Shown: positions 36,600 to 46,049 of the stretch, piece by piece
How positions within the stretch are numbered: the stretch's first letter is position 1
Layout: each line of letters opens with the position of its first letter
NCBI GenBank assembly: GCA_964354345.1
Contig: CAYGZL010000032.1
Coordinates: 128,684 to 192,683, forward strand
DNA: 64,000 nucleotides
Source: an uncultured Anaerolineaceae bacterium
GTDB taxonomy: Bacteria > Chloroflexota > Anaerolineae > Anaerolineales > UBA4823
Direction: 5' to 3'
The notes under the pieces: generated by a model
Databases searched by the model: none
Told to the model about the DNA's origin: nothing
The model's input: only the letters and a program-made list of their open reading frames with translations
Translations under genes and position numbers: made by a program

Positions 36600-37205
36600 A
36601 TGACTATCCAATCTCCCTTGTTCTTCGGTGAGAATATTTGCCTGGGACCGATCGACCACGAAAAGGATCCGGAAATTGAAACCAGGTGGACTAACGATCC
36701 TGAATATCTCCGCATGATCTATCCTGAACCGGCTCGTCCACTATCTCAAGCTCAGATCAAGAAGAAATACGAGGCCATCGAGAAAGCCATTCAAGAAGAG
36801 CGTAACCAGTTTTACTTCACGATCCGCATGCGTTCAGACGACCATCTGATTGGCTTTGCCCAGATCTTCTGGATCGAATGGACACATGGCGCTGCGAATA
36901 TCCGCCTGGGCATTGGCGAACCTCAAGATCGTAGGCACGGCTATGGTTCTGAGATCCTGCGCTTGTTGCTGCGTTTCTCTTTTACCGAGCTAAATCTTTA
37001 TCGCCTGACTGCGTCTGTCCCAGAATATAATCAGGCAGCTTTACGCTTTTTCAAAAAAAGTGGATTCATTGAAGAAGTACGGCGGCGCCAGGCTTTGCAA
37101 CGCGATGGACGCCGTTGGGATAACCTTCTTCTGGGCATCTTACGCCAGGAATGGGAAGCTCATCTGCCTGAGCATTCTGATATACGCCAGGAAGATGGTG
37201 TATGA
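36600..37205 (+). CDS. GNAT N-acetyltransferase (RimJ/RimL-like), tandem copy 1
   Basis: RRHGYGSEILRLLLRFSFTELNLYRL...YNQAALRFFKKSGF is the GNAT motif A/B region. It is a paralog of the next two ORFs. Confidence 0.8.
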   Translation: MTIQSPLFFGENICLGPIDHEKDPEIETRWTNDPEYLRMIYPEPARPLSQAQIKKKYEAIEKAIQEERNQFYFTIRMRSDDHLIGFAQIFWIEWTHGAANIRLGIGEPQDRRHGYGSEILRLLLRFSFTELNLYRLTASVPEYNQAALRFFKKSGFIEEVRRRQALQRDGRRWDNLLLGILRQEWEAHLPEHSDIRQEDGV

Positions 37206-37771
37206 AACCCAATCTGTTTCAGGGCAAGCTGGTACGCCTGGTTGCGGAGGAACCGGTCACCCTCGGTCAAGCTTTTTCCCGCTGGGCGCGCAATTCGGAA
37301 TATTTCCGCTTATTAGACAATGACCCTGCTACTTTGCGATCGGCGAAACAAATCAGTGCGTGGTTCGAAAAATCTTCTGACAGTGAACCTTATAAAGAGA
37401 TCACCTTTCCAATCCACACGTTACAAGAGGACCGCTTGATTGGATTTATTGGCCTGGGTGGTTTCCAATGGACACACGGGGATGCCTGGGTCGGGATAGG
37501 TCTGGGTGAGCGAGATTATTGGGGGAAGGGATATGGCACAGACGCCATGCTGCTCCTGTTGCGTTATGCCTTCACCGAGCTTAACTTATTCCGGGTCTCA
37601 CTCGGTGTGTTTGAATATAACCCGCGGGCTTTACGATCCTATGAAAAGGCCGGTTTTACGGTAGAAGGCCGCGAGCGTCAGAAGGTATTACGGGATAACC
37701 GGCGTTGGGATAACATTTACATGAGCATCCTGTATCCGGAATGGCAGGTCTCACAAGCAGCACTGGGATAA
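37202..37771 (+). CDS. GNAT N-acetyltransferase (RimJ/RimL-like), tandem copy 2
   Basis: ATGA overlap with copy 1. WGKGYGTDAMLLLLRYAFTELNLFRVSLGVFEYNPRALRSYEKAGF. Confidence 0.8.
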   Translation: MKPNLFQGKLVRLVAEEPVTLGQAFSRWARNSEYFRLLDNDPATLRSAKQISAWFEKSSDSEPYKEITFPIHTLQEDRLIGFIGLGGFQWTHGDAWVGIGLGERDYWGKGYGTDAMLLLLRYAFTELNLFRVSLGVFEYNPRALRSYEKAGFTVEGRERQKVLRDNRRWDNIYMSILYPEWQVSQAALG

Positions 37772-37794
37772 TTGATCTATAGAAGGCGCTTTGT

Positions 37795-38397
37795 ATGGAA
37801 ACCCATCTATTCACCGGCGAGTTCGTTCGATTGGTAGCAGCCGATCCAGAGGCAATCGCCCCGGCTTTCAGCCGCTGGTCACGCGATTCCGAGTTCGTCC
37901 GGCTGCTTAACAGCGGTGAAGCTACCCCACTATCAGCCCGCGCCATGCGAAACCTGATGGATCGACAGCCGGAAAAGGATCCCCCAAATTTCTTTTGGTT
38001 CGCCATCCATACCCTGACCGGTGATCACCTGATCGGTGATATTGCTTTGGATGGTATCCGTTGGTCCCACCGGGAAGCTTTTGTTGGTATTGGGCTTGGC
38101 GAGCGGGAATGGTGGGGAAAAGGTTATGGTACCGACGCGATGAGGATTATCCTGCGTTACGCTTTCCTGGAATTAAACTTACTGCGTGTCTCCCTGAATG
38201 TATTCGAATATAATCCGCGCGCCATTCGCTCCTACGAGAAACTCGGTTTCATCCATGAAGGGCGCATGCGCCAGTATCTTCATCGTGAAGGTCAACGCTG
38301 GGATATGATTTTCATGGGCATCCTGCGCGAAGAATGGGAACAAAACAATGCCCGCCAAACCGCCATCATTACTTACGATAATAAACCTGGAGATTGA
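37795..38397 (+). CDS. GNAT N-acetyltransferase (RimJ/RimL-like), tandem copy 3
   Basis: WGKGYGTDAMRIILRYAFLELNLLRVSLNVFEYNPRAIRSYEKLGF. It is closest to copy 2. Confidence 0.8.
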   Translation: METHLFTGEFVRLVAADPEAIAPAFSRWSRDSEFVRLLNSGEATPLSARAMRNLMDRQPEKDPPNFFWFAIHTLTGDHLIGDIALDGIRWSHREAFVGIGLGEREWWGKGYGTDAMRIILRYAFLELNLLRVSLNVFEYNPRAIRSYEKLGFIHEGRMRQYLHREGQRWDMIFMGILREEWEQNNARQTAIITYDNKPGD

Positions 38398-38403
38398 AAT
38401 CCC

Positions 38404-39006
38404 TTGATTATCACCACCATCATCTTCGACCTGGGGGGCGTTTTATTCCGCACAGAGGACCGCCAACCCCGCGCACAAACCGCTGCTCGCTTGGGATTAA
38501 CTTATGAAGCCTTAGACGAGATCATTTATGACGGCCCTTCCGCCAGGCAAGCCGGGGTGGGAAAGATCACAGCCAGCCAACATTGGGAAAATGTTTGCCA
38601 GATACTCAACTGGCCGCTGGAGAGACTGTCAGAACTGCAAGAAGGCTTCTGGGGTGGAGATCGTCTGGACTGGGAGCTGGTTGCCTGGATCCGCTCGCTA
38701 CGTCGCCGCTACCACACCGGTCTGTTGAGCAACGCCTGGGATGATCTCCGTGGTTGGCTGGAACAACGCTGGTTCATCGCCGATGCATTTGACACCATTA
38801 TTATTTCCGCTGAAGTCAAGTTGGCCAAGCCTGATCCGCGTATCTTCCAACTGACCATGGAACGCATGCAAACAACCCCTGAGGCGACTATATTTATAGA
38901 TGATTCCGAAGAAAATATTACAGCCGCCAGGGATTTCGGATTACACGCGATCCAATTCCAAAATCCAGATCAGGCGCGCCGGGAATTGTTAGAACTGCTG
39001 TCTTAA
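38404..39006 (+). CDS. HAD-superfamily hydrolase (subfamily IA-like)
   Basis: TTG start. Motif I IIFDLGGVL, motif II LLSN, and KPDP plus FIDDSEEN for motifs III/IV. Confidence 0.8.
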   Translation: MIITTIIFDLGGVLFRTEDRQPRAQTAARLGLTYEALDEIIYDGPSARQAGVGKITASQHWENVCQILNWPLERLSELQEGFWGGDRLDWELVAWIRSLRRRYHTGLLSNAWDDLRGWLEQRWFIADAFDTIIISAEVKLAKPDPRIFQLTMERMQTTPEATIFIDDSEENITAARDFGLHAIQFQNPDQARRELLELLS

Positions 39007-39008
39007 CC

Positions 39009-40442
39009 ATGGAACTCACTGGCCTAAGCCTTTCCGTCGCTGCCAGACAAATCCACCTGGGAGCGCTTTCTCCAATAGAGCTGACCCAGGCCTACATGGA
39101 GCGGATTGAACGCCTGAATCCAGGACTAAATTGTTACCTCACATTAACGCCTGAGCTGGCATTAAGCCAGGCCGGTCAGGCGGAAGCAATCTGGCAAGCC
39201 TGGCTCACTGATGATCGGATTCCAGCCATGGGCAACCTACCCCCGTTGCTGGGCATTCCCTTGGCCTTGAAGGATTTGTTTGAGACGGCAGGTGTACGCA
39301 CGACGGCTGGCTCGAAGTTCTTCCAAGATTACATCGCCATGCAGGATGCTGCAGTTGTCAGTCTGCTTAAACAAGCCGGCGCAATTATGCTGGGGAAACT
39401 CAACATGCACGAGATTGCACTGGGGGTAACCAATGACAACCCCCATTTCGGACCTTGCCGCAATCCTTGGAATCGGGAACGCATCCCAGGTGGTTCGTCC
39501 GGAGGCTCGGCAGCCGCATTAGCAGCTCATTTGTGCCTGGGATCCTTGGGCAGCGACACCGGCGGCTCAATCCGCATTCCGGCTTCCTTGTGTGGAATTG
39601 TTGGTCTAAAACCTACTTATGGGCGAGTCAGCCTGCGAGGCGTGATACCATTAAGCTGGAATTTGGATCATGTCGGGCCGATGGCACGTGAAGTGCGCGA
39701 TGTAGCGATCCTGTTAGGGGAAATCGCGGGTTATGACTCTCTCGATCCTGCCAGCCTGAATGTGCCAATCGAGAATTACCTGTCCCATCTGGAAAAAGGT
39801 GTGCGTGGGTGGCGAATTGCTCTCGCCGCCGATAATTACTTCACCAACATCGACCCGCAAGTTGTTGATGCAGTACATACTGCTGCGCAGGTGTTCAGAC
39901 AATTAGGGGCGCATGTGGAAGAGGTTCCCTTCCCGCATGCCTGGGAGGCGGCACAGGCCAACGGTCAAATGACTGCCTGTGATGCTGCTGCTTTTCACCA
40001 CCAACGCCTGATAAGCCAACCGGCCTCCTTTGGAGAAGATGTACGGAGGCGGCTTTTGTTCGGCGCAGAAATTACCTCAACGGAATATTGCCAGGCGCGA
40101 CGCACTCAGGTCGTATTGCGACGAGAGTTCGAACAGTTCTTCCAGAATTATGACCTGTTGCTGACTCCCACAACTCCCATTCCTGCACCGTTGATCGAAG
40201 GACCTGATGCGGTTGAACAAGCCCGTCTGTTGACCCGTTTTACAGCGCCTTTCAACCTGACCGGACTTCCAGCCTTGTCCTTGCCGTGTGGTTTCACCAC
40301 TCAGGATTCTGATCCACTGCAAGGCTCAGTACCAATCGGTCTGCAACTTATTGCCAGACCCTGGCATGAGGTTGCCATACTGCAAGCTGCTTTCGCATAC
40401 GAACAAGCCACGCCCTGGCACACCTATATTCCCGATCTCTAA
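39009..40442 (+). CDS. amidase-signature family enzyme (GatA-like amidase)
   Basis: GGSSGGSAAALAA with the downstream GSDTGGSIRIPAS amidase signature. 477 aa. Confidence 0.85.
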   Translation: MELTGLSLSVAARQIHLGALSPIELTQAYMERIERLNPGLNCYLTLTPELALSQAGQAEAIWQAWLTDDRIPAMGNLPPLLGIPLALKDLFETAGVRTTAGSKFFQDYIAMQDAAVVSLLKQAGAIMLGKLNMHEIALGVTNDNPHFGPCRNPWNRERIPGGSSGGSAAALAAHLCLGSLGSDTGGSIRIPASLCGIVGLKPTYGRVSLRGVIPLSWNLDHVGPMAREVRDVAILLGEIAGYDSLDPASLNVPIENYLSHLEKGVRGWRIALAADNYFTNIDPQVVDAVHTAAQVFRQLGAHVEEVPFPHAWEAAQANGQMTACDAAAFHHQRLISQPASFGEDVRRRLLFGAEITSTEYCQARRTQVVLRREFEQFFQNYDLLLTPTTPIPAPLIEGPDAVEQARLLTRFTAPFNLTGLPALSLPCGFTTQDSDPLQGSVPIGLQLIARPWHEVAILQAAFAYEQATPWHTYIPDL

Positions 40443-40492
40443 TTTGGCGCGTAAATTTTGCTGTCTTCTCTCTGACAGTCGCTCGCGGATGG

Positions 40493-43174
40493 TCAATTGC
40501 TGCTTATCGTTGTGGCAAGAAAGGCGGTTGACAGGCTTTTTTCATCATCCATTACTAATTCCATGCGGTACCCGGGGTGAAAATCAGCCACTGCGACCAG
40601 GCGTACCACTTCAGCAAACTTATCCCGGCATTCTACCCACTCCATAAGATGGTTGGGTGTGTCATTAAAGAATGACTGGTTGAAAACCGTGCGAGAATCA
40701 TCCAGACAAATTGCTACCGGATAAATTTGCACTTCCATCAAGTCTTGAAAGAAATGTGTCCCCAATGATGGTTCAGGCGCGGGACCGATACCCTTCCCAG
40801 CCAGTTCTACCAATGCTTGCGCGTTACAGATGTCCGAATAACTAACATAGATACCCAGATCTGGGTTAACGGTTCCCCACCGCCCCGGTCCCAGACAGAT
40901 GAATGGCCGGTTGGACAAAGCGGTGTTTACCCGGGCAACAATCCGACCGACTTCTGTGCGCTCCGCAGGGGTTGCCAGAGCAAAATATCTATCCGGGACG
41001 ACATAGAGAACAAATTGGATATCTTCCAGATGCCCGGGCGGGACAATAAAATGGGAGACAAAAACGATGTCCTCATCCGGTAAATATTTAGGCAGGCAGC
41101 CAACAGGTACAGTTTGCATCCGGCTCTGTGGTCGGCATTGTAAGAGGCTAATTTTAACCTGTGGTTGGAGACTACCAGGGTCCGGGATATGTACGGTGAA
41201 CTCCACATCCACTGCCGACCGGTAGTTTTCCTCAAGCAACCGTAGCAAGCGAGAAAGCTGTGCTGCAAACGGTGTGCGCCGTAACAGCTCATCGAAGGTA
41301 ATCGCCAGGCGCGGCACTTCCGTCTCCGGTACCCGACTGCGTGGTGTTACAAAATAACCGTCTTGCTCAAGCTGGGCAATGTATCGCAAGGGTGGATAGC
41401 GAGAATTGATCACTTGATTAATTTGTAAACTTTTAAATTGATTATCTGCCAGGTCAATCAGGTCAACATAATGTTGGGAGTAATGGCGGATAGCCTCACA
41501 ATTGTCATCCGGCTGCAAGGTTGGGTGACTTAAAGCCACCAATCGAGGGAAGTCGTTACCCACTCGCTCAACTGCGCGGGTTCCTAAACCCCACACCAGG
41601 CGGGCAAAACCATCTTCACGGCGAATCTGCGGCGCCCAACGGTAAAGGTTATGACTGAAAGCCACGCCGGCCGCGTGAGGCAGGAAATAAGAACCGAACT
41701 GCTCTCCTTGCACGACCTGAATTAGAATCACCATACGCTCATCAAAATCTTGCAGACCGCGACTGCGCCGGTATAACAACGCTTCGGGTTTCAAGGTGCT
41801 GGCATAGGTCCGAGCAATAGCGTTAACCAGCGCTTTTAAATTGTCCACAGGGTTACCCTGGTTAGGACAAAAAAAGCTATCATACTTACCGGCAAAGGAT
41901 GTGCCAAAGTTATCTTCGAGTTGACCGGACGAGCGCACAATCACCGGAAATGGACCAACCTGGTGCAACACTTTGTGTAGTTCGATCAGGACTTCCGGAG
42001 GGAACTCTCCATTCTGAAATTCCTCTTGAATCTGGGGATATTCCGCGCGGATCTGTTCTTCGGATTTATACTTCTGATCATTGCGGTGCATCAAGCCATT
42101 CATCGCCATGAAGATGTACATCACATCCGAACCGATAAAGAATGACTCAGGGATGCGTACGCAGGCGCGCAGGCCTTCATCGCCCACCTGGGAAAGGATA
42201 CGCGCTGCCAGGAGCATACCTGTCGCCTTACCTCCGATTTTCCCTAGCCCAATCTTCCGCCGGTGAATCTCGGCCAGGTCGGCAATGGTAAACCATTCTT
42301 TGGCAATATGGATAGTGGCCAATTGGTCGCTGATCAAACGGCGGATCAGAACGACCTTCAATTCACGCAGATGGTGTTCCAAGGGAGCGCGCTCTTCAGG
42401 CGGAATTTTTTCAATTGCCAACGCCTGCGCGATAAGTAATTCTTCTGGCGCCAATTCCGGATCGAGCGGGGTAGATCGGTCTACTTCGGTTCGGACGAGA
42501 GCCGATGGTGGATAATGCTGTGCCGGGTCGGGCCGCGTCCAAACTAGATGTGAATGAAAACCGACCCATTGTGTAGACGGGAGTGGACGATTGGCACTTG
42601 ATCCTGGCAGTGGAACAGCCATCCCCCAGCCACGTTGATCGACGATATCAAGGTCATCTGCCATATGAATACTGAGGGTAAAACAAGCAGGAGTAGCGTT
42701 CTTGCAGTTGAGCTTCCTCCGACTCATTGCCAGAGCTGTTTCGAGAGTCATGGACAAAGATCCTAGCGCGGCACTTTTACGATCCACCCAGGCGACCAGG
42801 TTAAGACCTCTTTTACCTTCTACGACCCGTGCAGCGCTCGGAATGGCAGAATTGTCGGTGGGGTACACCTGCGTATCTTCCCTTTGCACTGTTCCGCCAG
42901 TCTGAGAGTGCAAGTCAGACGGCTCGATCTCAAATTCATATACCGCTTTGACTGTTTTATCCAGGTTATCCAGATACTCACTGATCTGGCTAACCAGGCT
43001 GTTAAAGACATACAAACACGCGTCACAACGACCTTGCCGTAATGCCAGTCGGGTTTGCTCCAGGTTGCCGTTAAACTTTCGTCTCGCGCAGTAGACGACA
43101 GCCTGCTCGACCATCTCATCTGCGAGGGTTTGATCTAATTGACCATGTTCTTCAAGCGCCATCCTCCCCTCCAT
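40493..43174 (-). CDS. PEP/pyruvate-binding (PPDK_N ATP-grasp-like) domain protein, no recognisable phosphohistidine swivel domain
   Basis: 893 aa. KIGGKATGMLLA resembles the GGKA motif of the PPDK/PEP-synthase N-domain. No GGxTSHAA-type His motif was found. A conserved-looking C-terminal GPGRWGT...SLGTHFFQDL region is present. Confidence 0.5.
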   Translation of the reverse strand: MEGRMALEEHGQLDQTLADEMVEQAVVYCARRKFNGNLEQTRLALRQGRCDACLYVFNSLVSQISEYLDNLDKTVKAVYEFEIEPSDLHSQTGGTVQREDTQVYPTDNSAIPSAARVVEGKRGLNLVAWVDRKSAALGSLSMTLETALAMSRRKLNCKNATPACFTLSIHMADDLDIVDQRGWGMAVPLPGSSANRPLPSTQWVGFHSHLVWTRPDPAQHYPPSALVRTEVDRSTPLDPELAPEELLIAQALAIEKIPPEERAPLEHHLRELKVVLIRRLISDQLATIHIAKEWFTIADLAEIHRRKIGLGKIGGKATGMLLAARILSQVGDEGLRACVRIPESFFIGSDVMYIFMAMNGLMHRNDQKYKSEEQIRAEYPQIQEEFQNGEFPPEVLIELHKVLHQVGPFPVIVRSSGQLEDNFGTSFAGKYDSFFCPNQGNPVDNLKALVNAIARTYASTLKPEALLYRRSRGLQDFDERMVILIQVVQGEQFGSYFLPHAAGVAFSHNLYRWAPQIRREDGFARLVWGLGTRAVERVGNDFPRLVALSHPTLQPDDNCEAIRHYSQHYVDLIDLADNQFKSLQINQVINSRYPPLRYIAQLEQDGYFVTPRSRVPETEVPRLAITFDELLRRTPFAAQLSRLLRLLEENYRSAVDVEFTVHIPDPGSLQPQVKISLLQCRPQSRMQTVPVGCLPKYLPDEDIVFVSHFIVPPGHLEDIQFVLYVVPDRYFALATPAERTEVGRIVARVNTALSNRPFICLGPGRWGTVNPDLGIYVSYSDICNAQALVELAGKGIGPAPEPSLGTHFFQDLMEVQIYPVAICLDDSRTVFNQSFFNDTPNHLMEWVECRDKFAEVVRLVAVADFHPGYRMELVMDDEKSLSTAFLATTISSN

Positions 43175-43328
43175 TCAAAGAGCCTATCTCTCAGTCAAAA
43201 AACCTGTGCACTCACCGCTGCTTCATAGCACAACAGTCCTACATCCTTCCGTCCTTATACCCGTTGCCGCCCATGGGTGCCGGAACTTCGGAGCTACCAG
43301 TCCGCACTGTTTCGTGCAGCGCAGTTTC

Positions 43329-43973
43329 CTAAAATGGCAATTGACGTTCAAAGCCAGCCAACTTAAGACCGGTGAGAGCAGCAGTATTTAAATCCATAGC
43401 ACGTAAATCTTCAGTTGTAAGATCTACGATCCGGCGATGACCTGATAGCATCGTAAGAATTTTGACTTCTTCCGCACAAGCATGAATGAAGTTTGCCAGC
43501 CGGTGACCGACCTCCACCGGATCCAGCCGGGCGCGCAATTCGGGCTTCTGGCTGGTAATACCATAGGGGCAGTTGCCACGCTGGCAGGCATAACAGACCC
43601 GGCAACCCATCGCCACTTCGGCAGCGCTGCCAAATCCCACAGCATCGGCGCCCATCGCCAAAGCTTTGAACGCGTCCAGATGGCTGCGGATGCCACCCAG
43701 GGCATTAGCTTGACCTTTTGATGCACACCGTAATCCTGGAGCGCTCTTACTGCGGGAGGCAAACAGGCGATCGTAGGTATCCCAACGCCCTGGGTAACGA
43801 TATCAGGCGAACAACCTGCACCACCAACCAGGCCATCAATGCTGATCGCGTCTGCACCGGCTTCAATGCATGGCAATGACCACAGCCAGTGCACAATGCT
43901 GGATCAATATTGGCTACCGGTGTCTCGACTCGAATGACATCCTGGTCAAGGAAATGGGCGACGCGTGAATTGG
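43329..43973 (-). pseudogene. decayed glutamate-synthase-related (GltB FMN-domain) gene fragment with a 4Fe-4S remnant
   Basis: One frame reads IDPALCTGCGHC. A second reads CIEAGADAISIDGLVGGAGCSPD...HQKVKL. A third reads NALGGIRSHLDAFKALAMGADAVGFGSAAEVAMGCRVCYACQRGNCPYGITSQKPELR. A 1-nt frameshift lies near 43704-43709, and the expected ~250 aa between the ferredoxin motif and the FMN-domain core are absent. Confidence 0.7.
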
Positions 43974-44476
43974 TCAAAAACGAATCGAATATGTAATCAA
44001 TCCTTTACAAACCTTTTCTGGACAATGTTTCTCACAGATGTGGGCTTCAAATTCTCCGCGGATATAACGCAGCGTCGTCAACACCGGATCAGGCGCTGTC
44101 TGCCCCAAACCACGCAACGAGCTACTTTAATAGTTACAGCTAACTCCTCCAGATAAGCAATATCGCCTGGCTCGCCTTCCCCACTGCAAATACCTTCCAA
44201 AGTTGCCAGCATAGCCTTCGTCCCAATCCGGCAGGGGACACATTTACCACATGACACCTGTTGGGTAAAATTCATGAAGTAGCGCGCAAAATTTATCATG
44301 CAGGTATCTTCATCCGCCACCACCAATCCGCCAGATCCCATGATCGCCCCAAGAGAGGAAAGCGACTCGTAATCAATCGGTATATCCAGATGCTCAGCTG
44401 GTAAACAGCCCCCTGAAGGCCCACCTAAATGGGCAGCTTTAAACTGCTTCCCTTTTGGAATACCATCACCGACCTC
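43974..44476 (-). pseudogene. 5'-truncated, frameshifted NuoF/HydB-like (NADH dehydrogenase 51-kDa-type) gene fragment
   Basis: It reads KQFKAAHLGGPSGGCLP..DYESL..GSGGLVVADEDTCM..SCGKCVPCRIGT, then shifts frame near 44130 to SSLRGLGQTAPDPVLTTLRYIRGEFEAHI. The expected LCGLG Cys is Arg. The FMN/NADH-binding N-terminal half is missing, and an in-frame TAG lies just upstream. Confidence 0.7.
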
Positions 44477-44628
44477 CTAGATCACGTTCCGCAATGATCC
44501 AACGGCAAAGTATAAAATTCTAAGCCGTGATACAATTCAGCGTTCTATTCATATCACGACTTGTCATAACATCCGGCACAGGGAATCCTGAACTTACTCT
44601 TTCACATTGTCCCGCAACGGAGACATAA

Positions 44629-46035
44629 ATGCAAATTCCTCTTATAAGAGCCGGCAGAGTCCAAGAAGGTAATTCACTCCAGGTGGAAATAGGTGATGGG
44701 TTGATCCTGCGGCGCGGCAAACCGGCTGATGCAGAAAAATTGTCTGCTTTCAATGCCCGAATTCACAGCGACCTCGGCCCCGATCACCCCGATGAAAGGG
44801 TCAGCGTCTGGTCCCACGACCTCCTCACCCGGCCTCACCCGACCTTCCAGCCGGGCGATTTCACGATCATCGAGAAAGCAGCAACAGGGGAGATTGTTTC
44901 TTCGATGAACCTGATCTCTCAAACCTGGTCGTATGCGGGGATCCCCTTCGGTGTTGGCCGGCCTGAGCTGGTAGGCACGTTGCCCGAATATCGCCACCGC
45001 GGTCTTATTCGAGCACAGTTTGAAGTGATCCACCGCTGGAGCGCCGAACGGGGTGAAAAAGTGCAGGCGATTACCGGGATTCCGTATTATTACCGCATCT
45101 TTGGCTATGAGATGTGCCTGGATTTGGGTGGTGGTAGGTCGGGTTCCAAGAACACCGAGCAACTGTTTCGACATGTTCCCCGTCTGAGTGAAGGGCAAGC
45201 GGAGCCTTACACGATTCGACCCGCTCTGGAAGCTGACCTGCCCTTTATCGGCGAATTGTATGACCAGGGTCGTAAACGGTGGGCGGTTGGATGCATCTGG
45301 AACCAGGATCTCTGGCGATATGAACTAACTATAAAAAACCCTAAAAATGTCAATCGTGTGGAGCTACGTATCATAGAAGCTGCACCAACCGGTGATTCGG
45401 ATCCCCGGGTGGGTTTCCTGGCTCACCCCGCCTGGACCTGGGGGCCGATGCAGGTGGCAACGGCATACGAGTTAAAGCCCGGCATCTCCTGGGCAGCAGT
45501 AACACCCTGCGTGGTTCGTTACCTGGTCACGACCGGTGAGACGTATGCCTCCCAGGATAACCGCCCGGGGGGATTGACCAGCTTTGGTTTATGGTTTGGC
45601 GCAGAACATCCGGTTTATGAGGTCATGAAATTTGGTCTGCCGCAAGTCCGTACACCCTATGCCTGGTATCTACGTGTTCCTGACCTGATCGGTTTTCTCC
45701 AACAGATCGCCCCAGCACTCGAACAACGCCTGGCAGACTCTCCTCTGGTGGGGCATTCTGGAGAAGTAAAGCTTACTTTCTATAGCAATGGTTTGCGGAT
45801 GATTTTCGAGCATGGCCGTCTGAACCAGATTGAAAATTGGACACCCACTCCAGTCGGACACAGCGGTGATGCGGCATTTCCCGGGCTGACTTTCTTACAG
45901 CTTCTTTTCAGCTACCGCTCGCTGGATGAATTGCGCCATGCCTTCCCCGATTGTTGGCAGGATAACGACACGGTATACGCTTTACTGAAGGCGCTCTTTC
46001 CCAAGCAACCTTCGAATGTATGGCCGATTTCATAA
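44629..46035 (+). CDS. GNAT-domain protein with a long C-terminal extension (Eis-like architecture possible)
   Basis: LPEYRHRGLIRAQFEVI is a GNAT motif A (R-x-x-G-x-x). 468 aa. Confidence 0.5.
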   Translation: MQIPLIRAGRVQEGNSLQVEIGDGLILRRGKPADAEKLSAFNARIHSDLGPDHPDERVSVWSHDLLTRPHPTFQPGDFTIIEKAATGEIVSSMNLISQTWSYAGIPFGVGRPELVGTLPEYRHRGLIRAQFEVIHRWSAERGEKVQAITGIPYYYRIFGYEMCLDLGGGRSGSKNTEQLFRHVPRLSEGQAEPYTIRPALEADLPFIGELYDQGRKRWAVGCIWNQDLWRYELTIKNPKNVNRVELRIIEAAPTGDSDPRVGFLAHPAWTWGPMQVATAYELKPGISWAAVTPCVVRYLVTTGETYASQDNRPGGLTSFGLWFGAEHPVYEVMKFGLPQVRTPYAWYLRVPDLIGFLQQIAPALEQRLADSPLVGHSGEVKLTFYSNGLRMIFEHGRLNQIENWTPTPVGHSGDAAFPGLTFLQLLFSYRSLDELRHAFPDCWQDNDTVYALLKALFPKQPSNVWPIS

Positions 46036-46049
46036 ATAGGAGCCCAACC

